From assembly GCA_963737435.1 (NCBI GenBank), contig CAVTSI010000004.1, positions 40,975-104,974 of the forward strand: DNA of 64,000 nt. The letters run 5' to 3'. The DNA comes from an uncultured Acidobacteriaceae bacterium (lineage in GTDB: Bacteria > Acidobacteriota > Terriglobia > Terriglobales > Acidobacteriaceae). How positions within the stretch are numbered: the stretch's first letter is position 1; the number at the start of each line of letters is the position of its first letter. Under the pieces are notes generated by a model. That model saw nothing but the letters and a program-made list of their open reading frames with translations, did no database searches and was not told the DNA's origin. This document shows positions 10,276 through 17,849 of the stretch, piece after piece. A program made the translations under genes and the position numbers.

Positions 10276-11739
10276 TTGCATTCTGCAAGTCCCAGTTGCA
10301 CGTTCCTATTCTCCGCGGGCAACGCGCGTTGCCACAGATTTTTCATAGATATAGCGAACAACACGGGTAACCAGATTTTCATATATCTTCCGGAAAAAAA
10401 GGACTTATTCACGCATCCCACGGTCGCAGTCGGCCCATCCAACCGTATTGACGAGACAGTTAACGGCCAGCCCGAGCGTATGAGCTGCGGTGAGTTGACT
10501 GGGTGCACCAAGAGAAGCAGGTGGGGCATGTGGCTGGCGGAAGAGGTCGGGCGAAACTGGATCACGCATTCCTGGCACAGCCTTGTGGTGGTGGGGGCCG
10601 CGATACTAAACATCGTCGATGGCGGCCGGCGCTCTAAGCCGGAGCATCCGCCTCCCACCCTAGAGTTGCAATCAGTGCTGCAGAGCCTGCCTGAGGCAGT
10701 GTTCATCTTCGACTCTCATGCCCGCGTGATGGACCTCAACAAGGCCGCCGAACAACTGACTGGACAAAGCCGGGAGGAACTTCTCGGAACGAATGCGGGG
10801 ACGTTGTTCAGCCGGGTGACGAGCGCGGATATCGACGTAAATCCGGAACCAATCGTCAGCCGCACGCTGCGCGGCGAGTTTGTGCGTCACGAGCGTCGCA
10901 TCTTCCTCAGCGCCGCCAACGGCAGACCCGTTGAAGTGCGCATCTCCGGCACTCCAGTGAATTACCAGTCCAACCAGGTCCTGGGCGCGCTCATCGCGAT
11001 TGAGGACGTGACCGAGCTTTCCGATCTGCAGCAGCAAGTGGCCAGCAGCGAGCGTCACTTCGCGGTGGGCCAGATGACCGCGGGTCTGGCGCACGACTTC
11101 AACAACGTTCTGGGCATGATTTCGCAAGCGGTTTACGTTTTGGAGATGGCGCCCAACCGCTCCGAATCCGACCACACCATGTTGAGCATCATCGACAATG
11201 CGGTGCGTCGCGGCGCAGAAATTGTCAATAACATCCGCGAATATCTGCGGGGCAGCTCCGAGATACGCACCCGAGTGGACATGCGCCGCCTGCTCGAGGA
11301 AGTGCTGCAACTGGCGCAGCCCATCCTGGAAATGCATTCCGACATCCAAGTGATCCACCAGGTTGACGCTGGCTGCGAAGTTTACGCCAGCGCGGCGGAG
11401 CTGCGCCGCGTGTTCACCAACCTCGTGTTAAACGCGCTCGATGCCATGCCGCAAGGCGGCGTGCTAACCATACGCTGCACTCGTAGCGACGGCCGCATGC
11501 TGGTGAGCGTGGGCGATACTGGACCCGGAATCCCCCCGGAATCCCAGCATAAGATCTTCTCGCCTTACTTCACGACCAAAGCGAAAGGCACCGGACTCGG
11601 CCTGTCGGGGGCCCGCAAGGCCATCGAGGAACAGGGGGGCGACATCCGCTTTAAGAGCTCTCCGGGAGAGGGGACGACATTCTTCGTGTCTCTGCCCATC
11701 GCTGAGGGTCAGGAACGGCAGGATCCTTGCGCGGCCTAG
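10276..11739 (+). CDS. PAS-domain sensor histidine kinase
   Basis: PAS (LPEAVFIFDSHARVMDLNKAAEQLTGQSREELLG), H-box (GLAHDFNNVLG), and N/G boxes (NLVLNALDAM, GDTGPGIP, GTGLGLS). The first ~85 codons look non-coding, and ATG 10528 is a more likely start. Confidence 0.85.
   Translation: MHSASPSCTFLFSAGNARCHRFFIDIANNTGNQIFIYLPEKKDLFTHPTVAVGPSNRIDETVNGQPERMSCGELTGCTKRSRWGMWLAEEVGRNWITHSWHSLVVVGAAILNIVDGGRRSKPEHPPPTLELQSVLQSLPEAVFIFDSHARVMDLNKAAEQLTGQSREELLGTNAGTLFSRVTSADIDVNPEPIVSRTLRGEFVRHERRIFLSAANGRPVEVRISGTPVNYQSNQVLGALIAIEDVTELSDLQQQVASSERHFAVGQMTAGLAHDFNNVLGMISQAVYVLEMAPNRSESDHTMLSIIDNAVRRGAEIVNNIREYLRGSSEIRTRVDMRRLLEEVLQLAQPILEMHSDIQVIHQVDAGCEVYASAAELRRVFTNLVLNALDAMPQGGVLTIRCTRSDGRMLVSVGDTGPGIPPESQHKIFSPYFTTKAKGTGLGLSGARKAIEEQGGDIRFKSSPGEGTTFFVSLPIAEGQERQDPCAA
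10318..10343 (+). terminator. possible terminator between the response regulator and the kinase
   Basis: GGCAACG-CG-CGTTGCC palindrome followed 5 nt later by TTTTT. The gap to the T-run weakens the call. Confidence 0.3.
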
Positions 11740-11812
11740 GCGCCATTCGCCAGGCGCAGAGCAGGCAGCATTCCCCCGGCGCGCAAAAACCACAAGTGCA
11801 ATTGCGAGGACT

Positions 11813-12526
11813 TCAGTGGATGGAGGATGACTCGGACGGGACCGGGCGACGCTCGCCTGGACTTTGCGACAGCCGGGGCCGCGCCGGCACCACCGCCACC
11901 GATGCGGTCGCCTGCGCCAGAATCCGGTGGTGAACCACAAACAGCGCCAATTCCAACCGGTCGGAGACCCCAATTTTGTCGAAGATGTTGCGCAAAGCGT
12001 TCTTGATCATCTGTTCGCTGGTGTAGAGCTGCAAGGCGATTTCGCGGTTCTTGTATCCCTGCACCACCGCGGCGACAATGCGCAGCTCGCGGTCGGAAAG
12101 GCGGTCGCGCACCCGTGCGCCGACCAGGTCTTCGCTTACGTCCGCATCCGCAGGGTTGGGACTCTGCAGAAACGACTGGCCGCGGGAGAGCCGCCGCACC
12201 GCCTCGACGGCGATGTTGCCGCAGGCCGAACGGTAGATGACGCCCTGCACTCCCATGCGCATGAAGTCGGATGCGCGCTCGGCATTTTCCGCCAGCATGA
12301 GCAGGGCCACGCGATGCGCCGCAGCCATCTCTTGAATCTCGGGCAGGGAGGGAAGAAAAGTGGTGGAGAGAATCAGGACATGCGAGCGCAGCTTGTGCAG
12401 CGAGTTCAGCAATTGCTCCGGGGACTGCGGTTGACCAACAATACGAATGTCTTCCTCCACCGCCAAGACCTTGGCGATCCCGGCGCGAAAGATAGCTTGA
12501 TGGTCAGCGATGATGACGTTGATCAT
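11813..12526 (-). CDS. LuxR/NarL-family DNA-binding regulator with a degenerate (pseudo-)receiver domain
   Basis: The C-terminal HTH reads LSDRELRIVAAVVQGYKNREIALQLYTSEQMIKNALRNIFDKIGVSDRLELA. In the N-terminal receiver fold, the positions aligned to the NarL DD pocket, phospho-Asp and Lys read AD, S (LILST) and R. Confidence 0.85.
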   Translation of the reverse strand: MINVIIADHQAIFRAGIAKVLAVEEDIRIVGQPQSPEQLLNSLHKLRSHVLILSTTFLPSLPEIQEMAAAHRVALLMLAENAERASDFMRMGVQGVIYRSACGNIAVEAVRRLSRGQSFLQSPNPADADVSEDLVGARVRDRLSDRELRIVAAVVQGYKNREIALQLYTSEQMIKNALRNIFDKIGVSDRLELALFVVHHRILAQATASVAVVPARPRLSQSPGERRPVPSESSSIH

Positions 12527-12875
12527 GGTTGGAACGCGTTGTGGTTACGCTCTGCTTTTCCAGGGGCCCGAATTCAACTTCGAGAGCAACTTACCGCGCC
12601 TCCCCGAAACGGAGGCCAGCTTGAACACTGGTTTATACCACGAATGTGCAGCCAAGGATAGGTCTTTGGTCACTTTGTAATCAATAATTGAACTGCCCAA
12701 AGCTGTAGGTTGGCGGTAAAGAGGACCGCAGGGCATAGTGCTCCTCACAGCCTGAAGGCAAGCGGAGCGGGCCGGTTCCCCCGTGCTAGCCGGCTGTGCC
12801 AGGCGAAGAGAAGGCTTGTCCATCCCCGGAACTATTCAGTAAACCCTTGGCGGGTGGCGAGCCGCCGCTGCTGGC

Positions 12876-14066
12876 TTGTATGATCGAAGTCAGGTGGTCA
12901 CAACCTTTACATCTTCTCGCATCGAGACCCGGCCCAATTGGGCTGAAGTTTCTCTTCCCGCCTTGCGTCACAATTTCCGGGTGTTGCAAAAGCATGTGGG
13001 CCCCGACGTCGCCATCTGCGCGGTGGTGAAGTGCGACGCCTACGGACATGGCGCGCAGGAGTGCGCGCTGGCGCTTGAGCAGGAAGGCGCAAAATGGTTC
13101 GGGGTGACCTCTACGGATGAGGGCGTCATCTTGCGCGAGGCCGGCATCACCCGACGTGTGTTGGTGATGTGCGGCGTCAATCGGGGAGAAGAGGACGACG
13201 CCCTGCGCCTTTCGCTTACGCCGGCGGTGTTTCGTCTGGAAGATGCGGAAGCGCTGGCTCAGGCGGCCACTCGCCAGCGTCGGACCTCGCAGATTGCGGT
13301 CCATCTGAAGATCGACACCGGCATGGCGCGTCTGGGACTTCCTCTGGCTGATCTGAAATCGTTCGCCGAAGGCATCCAGCGCCTCCCGCAGATCGAGTTG
13401 GAAGGCGTGTTCAGCCATCTTGCTTCGTCGGAGGTGCTCGATGACGAGGCTACCCAGCGGCAAATTGAGCACTTCAACTCTGCGCTGCAAACGCTCGCGG
13501 CCTACGGTCTGCGTCCCCGGTTCCGCCATCTTGCCAATACCAGCGCGGCCATCGAGCGTCCCGATACCTGGCACAATTTTGTGCGGCCCGGTCTGGCGCT
13601 CTACGGATACGAGCAGCAACCCTGCTATCGCGATGGTTCGCCGGCGGCAGCGCCCCTATTGCCGCTGCGGCCGGTATTAGCCTGGAAGACGCACGTCATC
13701 GCGGTCCGTGACGTTCCCGCCGGTCAGGCGCTGGGATACAACGGCGCTTACAAAACGACGGCGCCGGCGCGCATCGCCACGGTTTCCGTCGGTTATGGTG
13801 ACGGACTTTCGCGCCGACTCTTCGGCAACGGTGAAGTATTGCTGCGCGGGCAGCGCGCGCCGATACGCGGGCGCATCTCGATGGACCTGACCCTGGTGGA
13901 TGTGACTCACATTGCGGGCGCTGCAATCGGCGACGAGGTGACCCTCATCGGTCGCAGTGGCGCGCAGGAGATCACGGCGCACGACCTGGCGCGCTGGGAG
14001 GGGACCGTGGTCTATGAGACGTTGTGCAATCTGACCAAACGCGTGCCGCGACGGTACGTGGAGTAA
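12876..14066 (+). CDS. alr: alanine racemase
   Basis: AEVSLPALRHNFRVLQ...AVVKCDAYGHG (PLP-Lys motif)...GMARLG...VSVGYGDG...GRISMDL. Confidence 0.9.
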   Translation: MYDRSQVVTTFTSSRIETRPNWAEVSLPALRHNFRVLQKHVGPDVAICAVVKCDAYGHGAQECALALEQEGAKWFGVTSTDEGVILREAGITRRVLVMCGVNRGEEDDALRLSLTPAVFRLEDAEALAQAATRQRRTSQIAVHLKIDTGMARLGLPLADLKSFAEGIQRLPQIELEGVFSHLASSEVLDDEATQRQIEHFNSALQTLAAYGLRPRFRHLANTSAAIERPDTWHNFVRPGLALYGYEQQPCYRDGSPAAAPLLPLRPVLAWKTHVIAVRDVPAGQALGYNGAYKTTAPARIATVSVGYGDGLSRRLFGNGEVLLRGQRAPIRGRISMDLTLVDVTHIAGAAIGDEVTLIGRSGAQEITAHDLARWEGTVVYETLCNLTKRVPRRYVE

Positions 14067-14151
14067 ATTGCCTCAAGTTCCTGGGAGAATTTCCCAAGAC
14101 TTGGGTCCTGTGAGCGCCGTCTTGGTTAGGATAACTGAAGCCGACAAAGTT

Positions 14152-14210
14152 GTTCGGTGGGAGCCCCCGCATTCATGCGGGGGAAGCAATGCCTCAGCGT
14201 TGCGAAAGAG
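14152..14210. repeat. REP-like unit (two hairpins), left copy
   Basis: TTCGGTGGGAGCCCCCGCATTCATGCGGGGGAAGCAATGCCTCAGCGTTGCGAAAGAG. Hairpins are CCCCCGCA-TTCA-TGCGGGGG and GCAATGC-CTCA-GCGTTGC. Confidence 0.8.
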
Positions 14211-14221
14211 CTGGGTTTGAA

Positions 14222-14668
14222 TCAATCGGGCTTTAGCCCTGGGATTTGGATGGCAGTTCCGCGAGAGTTCAATTGAAACTGAAGCGGAGCCGGATCGACT
14301 TCGGCCTTTAATCGGGCCGAAGAGTAGGGAAACTCTTCAGGGTGCTCTACCAAGCCTGCTTTGACCGGATTCATCCAAACATACTCAACGTGTTGGGCAT
14401 ACTCATCTGCGTCTCTGATCCTGTGCTCGTTGTAACCCTTTTGCCATATTTCACCGTTGAAGTTCATCTCCTTCTTTGCCCGGTAAGAGAATCCTCCTTT
14501 AATGAACTGCATTGCCTTCTCCAACGAGACTAGTGGAGCCGGTGTGAGGATTAGATGAACATGATTTTGCATGAAGACAAATTCGTGCACCTGCAATCTC
14601 TGTTTGGCTCGATTTTCACGAATTACTTCCAACAGCAGATCGCAGAGAGGATTGGACTGCAGGATCAA
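14222..14668 (-). pseudogene. REP-associated tyrosine transposase (IS200/IS605 Y1 family), N-terminus displaced or degraded
   Basis: HUH motif FMQNHVHLIL and Tyr motif EYVWMNPVKAGLV are present. The ORF starts at a TTG directly after a stop. The expected first strand appears in another frame upstream (AYVACTARNSNLF). Confidence 0.7.
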
Positions 14669-14807
14669 TCTTCTCTACCACCTCGCAGACGAGGTGAAAA
14701 AGGTTCGAGTTTCTTGCGGTGCACGCAACATATGCCGAGTTCATTATGCGCTGTAGCGCCACCATCGCAAAATTCCAGGGCTAAAGCCCTTGAACGGAAG
14801 CACATCT

Positions 14808-14865
14808 CTCTCTCGCAACGCTGAAGCGTTGCTTCCCCCGCATGAATGCGGGGGCTCCCACCGAA
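14808..14865. repeat. REP-like unit, right copy (inverted)
   Basis: Its reverse complement is TTCGGTGGGAGCCCCCGCATTCATGCGGGGGAAGCAACGCTTCAGCGTTGCGAGAGAG. The differences from the left copy keep the second hairpin intact. Confidence 0.8.
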
Positions 14866-14976
14866 ACAACCCTGCTCGTCTCAGTTACACAGGTTAGGTC
14901 GACCCTCAGGGCCTAAGCGCGCACACTCGCCCTTTGCCCGCGAGAGATCTGCTTTCCCGACTTTTTCAGCAGACTC

Positions 14977-15537
14977 TCACGCCAGCCTGTAGAAGCTCAG
15001 CGAAGCATCGCCCTGATCGAGTCGCCGCGAACGCACCAGCGCGCCGAAGCGTTCCCCGGGATCAAACTTCTTTTCATGCTCGGCGATGACAAGGCTTGTC
15101 GGCTGCAATAGCCGCGATTGCGACAAATAACCGAGCGTGCGCTCGTAGCTGCCGCGCATCCGATAAGGCGGATCGAGAAAGCAGTAGTCGCAAACCACGC
15201 CCGTACTCTCCAACAGCGGCAGCGCTTGCGCGACCTCACGCTCGTGCAATTCAAATGCATCGGGCATCCCGAGCGGTTCCAGATTTTCGCGCAGCAGCCG
15301 CGCATGTTTTTTCACGGATTCCACGAAATACACCTGGCGCGCACCGCGACTCAGCGCCTCGATCCCCACCGCCCCCGTTCCGGCGTACAGATCGAGCCAC
15401 ACGCTGCCCTGCAGATTGCCTGCGGCGGCCAGCACATCGAAGAGCGTCTCCCGCAGCCGGTCGCTGGTGGGCCGCAGATCGAGACCCGGCAGCGAACGCA
15501 GGCGACGGCTCCGAAACTGTCCGGCGATGATGCGCAT
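14977..15537 (-). CDS. rsmD: 16S rRNA (guanine966-N2)-methyltransferase
   Basis: MRIIAGQFRSRRLRSLPGLDLRPTSDRLRETLFDVL...LDLYAGTGAVGIEALSRGA...FLDPPY. The ORF track extends to 15933, but homology begins at ATG 15537. Confidence 0.85.
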   Translation of the reverse strand: MRIIAGQFRSRRLRSLPGLDLRPTSDRLRETLFDVLAAAGNLQGSVWLDLYAGTGAVGIEALSRGARQVYFVESVKKHARLLRENLEPLGMPDAFELHEREVAQALPLLESTGVVCDYCFLDPPYRMRGSYERTLGYLSQSRLLQPTSLVIAEHEKKFDPGERFGALVRSRRLDQGDASLSFYRLA

Positions 15538-15580
15538 CTCCTCGAGTGTATAGAATGAAATTGGAGGCTGACGCGGAACC

Positions 15581-16687
15581 ATGAGAAGTTGGTCAATTCC
15601 CGCAGGGCGATTGTTCGGGGTGGACATCCGCATCCACCTTACCTTTGTTTTTCTGCTGGCGTTTGTGTGGTTCACGCAATCGGTGACCATGGGCACGGCG
15701 GGCGCAATGCGCGGTCTGGCGCTGGTTGGGATCATCTTCGGCTGCGTTGTGCTGCATGAACTGGGACACGCGGTAGTGGCCAACCGCAACGGCGTGGCCG
15801 TGCGATCCATCATTCTGCTTCCCATCGGTGGAGTCACGCTGATGGAAGACGTGGGACAGCGCAATGCCGACTCCGCTCGCGACATCCGCATTTCCGCCGC
15901 CGGGCCGGTAGTCAACCTGGTGATCGCCGCCATCTCCGGTGCTTTTATCCTGGCGTTTCTGCCGCAAGTGCACCTGTGGGCGCAGCCCTTCGTTCACGCC
16001 AATAATCTGCCGCGCAGCTTGTTCTGGGGAAATGTGTTCCTGGGCGGCTTCAATCTGCTGCCTGCCTATCCCATGGACGGCGGACGCATCCTGCGCGCGC
16101 TTCTTGCCGAGCGCATGGACTATGTACGCGCCACCCGCCGCGCCGTTGCCATCGGGCAAGCGTTCGCCATGCTTTTGATCTTTCTCGGAGTATGGAACAC
16201 CTGGCTGATGCTGATTGGCTTCTTCCTCTTCGTTGGGGCGCAGCTTGAAGATCGCTCGGTCGTCTTTCAGTCGGTGCTGGAGAGCGTGCGCATGGAAGAT
16301 GTCATGCTGACCGGCTTCTCCACGCTCTCGCCGGCCGATACCCTGGAGGACGCGCTGCAGAAAGCGGTGCACACTTTGCAAGACGACTTCCCGGTCGTCC
16401 GCGGCAGCGACATGATCGGGGTCATCAGCAAGCAGCGCATCGTTCAGGCGCTGCGCGTCGGCGGCAACGGATACGTGCAGTCGGCCATGGTGCGCGCCTT
16501 CGAAATTGCGCAAGGCAGTGACTCGCTGGCGTCGGCCTTCCGCAAACTCGGCGGGCGAGGACTCAGCATGATTCCCGTGGTCGATCAGCAACGGCTGGTC
16601 GGCATCGTCACCATGCAAAACCTGATGCACAGCATGACCCTGCTGGCGGAGACCCGGCGGTTGCAAAAACAGCAGGAGGCGGGTTAG
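15581..16687 (+). CDS. site-2 (M50) zinc metalloprotease with a C-terminal CBS pair
   Basis: HELGHAVVA (HExxH), NLLPAYPMDGGRIL, multiple TM segments, and two CBS-like modules (VMLTGFSTLSPADTL..., MIPVVDQQRLVGIVT). Confidence 0.85.
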   Translation: MRSWSIPAGRLFGVDIRIHLTFVFLLAFVWFTQSVTMGTAGAMRGLALVGIIFGCVVLHELGHAVVANRNGVAVRSIILLPIGGVTLMEDVGQRNADSARDIRISAAGPVVNLVIAAISGAFILAFLPQVHLWAQPFVHANNLPRSLFWGNVFLGGFNLLPAYPMDGGRILRALLAERMDYVRATRRAVAIGQAFAMLLIFLGVWNTWLMLIGFFLFVGAQLEDRSVVFQSVLESVRMEDVMLTGFSTLSPADTLEDALQKAVHTLQDDFPVVRGSDMIGVISKQRIVQALRVGGNGYVQSAMVRAFEIAQGSDSLASAFRKLGGRGLSMIPVVDQQRLVGIVTMQNLMHSMTLLAETRRLQKQQEAG

Positions 16688-16688
16688 G

Positions 16689-16730
16689 AACTAGCAACTA
16701 GCAACTAGCAATTAGCAGTTAGCATCTAGC
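16689..16730. repeat. tandem heptamer array, 6 units (AACTAGC x3, AATTAGC, AGTTAGC, ATCTAGC)
   Basis: Exact 7-nt period starting 2 nt after the M50 protease stop. Each unit carries TAG on the top strand and TAG/TAA on the bottom strand. Confidence 0.9.
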
Positions 16731-16876
16731 GCGAGTATTCGACTCGACCTCGACCGTGTACGTGGAGAAGGTTGGGAAATAACTATCGCCCGCGAGTCCG
16801 ACTCTCGGGCTTTACCATTGAGGGCCGTATACGAGTTCCTAGCGTTTAACGGCTTTACCAGAGAAGCTGCGGTCTT

Positions 16877-17515
16877 TCAGTATTTTCTCAGTACTCCAAT
16901 CACTCTGCCCTGCACTTGCACCGTGGCGGCGGGCACGATGATGGGCTGCATGGCGGCGTTGGAAGGTTGCAGGCGAATTTTGTTGCCCTCAACGTAGATT
17001 CGTTTCAAGGTGGCGTCGCTGCCATTGACCAGGGCGACCACGATCTCGCCATCGCGCGCCACGTTCGTCTTCTCCACCAGAACATAGTCGCCGTCCACGA
17101 TGTGCTCGTCCTGCATGCTCTCGCCCTTCACCTGCAGCACGTACACGTCTTTGGAGCGGGTGAAGTCGGCGAGCGAAATGGACTCGGGGTTCTCCATCGC
17201 CTCCAGCGGCTGGCCGGCGGCGATGCGTCCCATCAGCGGCAGACTCATGCCGCTCTCCGCCGCCGCGGCCGCAGCCACCGCCAGCGACTGCTTCATGCGT
17301 CCGCGCGGTTTCAGCAGATCGATGGAGCGGCTGCGATTGTAGTCGCGGCGCAACAATCCCTTCTGCTCCAGGTTGGTGATGTGCTTGTGCACGGTCGCCA
17401 GCGAGCTGAGGCCGAGTCCCTCGGCGATCTCCTCGAACGACGGCGAATAGCCGTGCCGGTCCACGAATTCGGAGATAAAGTCATACACCTGTTTCTGACG
17501 GCGTGTGAGAGCCAT
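16877..17515 (-). CDS. lexA: LexA repressor
   Basis: Winged-helix N-domain (QKQVYDFISEFVDRHGYSPSFEEIAEGLGLSSLATVHKHITNLEQKGLL). S24 peptidase C-domain (VKGESMQDEHIVDGDYVLV...GRVIGVLRKY). Confidence 0.92.
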   Translation of the reverse strand: MALTRRQKQVYDFISEFVDRHGYSPSFEEIAEGLGLSSLATVHKHITNLEQKGLLRRDYNRSRSIDLLKPRGRMKQSLAVAAAAAAESGMSLPLMGRIAAGQPLEAMENPESISLADFTRSKDVYVLQVKGESMQDEHIVDGDYVLVEKTNVARDGEIVVALVNGSDATLKRIYVEGNKIRLQPSNAAMQPIIVPAATVQVQGRVIGVLRKY

Positions 17516-17539
17516 GGCTGGGCGCGCACCTCCGCTCCT

Positions 17540-17568
17540 ATTGTTAGCGAATAAAAGGCGAATGTCAA
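17540..17568 (-). promoter_or_regulatory. candidate lexA promoter with an embedded direct-repeat operator
   Basis: Minus strand reads TTGACA (17568-17563), 17 nt, AACAAT (17545-17540). The spacer holds ATTCGC-N5-ATTCGC (17563-17558 and 17552-17547), i.e. ATTC-N7-ATTC with 11-nt phasing. An AGGAGCGGAGG Shine-Dalgarno follows. Confidence 0.45.
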
Positions 17569-17761
17569 CGAAAGTTTGGCGGGAGGGTTATTCGGTTGGT
17601 TCGTTTCCGACCCGGGACGACTTTCAGACGGCGCCCCGGATCGCCCCGCCACAAGAAAGGTGCGCGCGAGTCACGGCATCGCAAAAATTTCGTTCCGTAG
17701 ATTCAGCTCGTTTACTGACTTCTGGAGTCGAACTTTAGTCTGAAGTTCATCTCTCTTTCTC

Positions 17762-17791
17762 CACAAAACACGGGAGCCTGTGGGGGCTCCC
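17762..17791 (-). terminator. possible terminator after the BNR-repeat gene
   Basis: 7-bp stem GGGAGCC/GGCTCCC, followed on the minus strand by GTGTTTTGTGG. Confidence 0.4.
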
Positions 17792-17849
17792 AATCTCGCT
17801 CGCGCTTCATTTGCATTGGAACAACTTCATCCGGCTTAATCGTCGTGAG

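Larger units (their letters stand above)
14152..14865 (-). mobile_element. REP-associated tyrosine transposase unit (RAYT gene flanked by inverted REP pairs)
   Basis: A Y1/HUH transposase ORF is bracketed by near-identical 58-nt units in inverted orientation (14152-14210 and 14808-14865), plus inner GGGCTTTAGCCC palindromes. Confidence 0.75.

Noticed and set aside
12720-12800. tRNA-like GGTTCCCCCG segment in the LuxR-alr intergenic region
   Set aside because: There is no 5-bp T-stem around a 7-nt loop, no acceptor stem and no anticodon arm. No other tRNA-like T-loops were noticed in the window.
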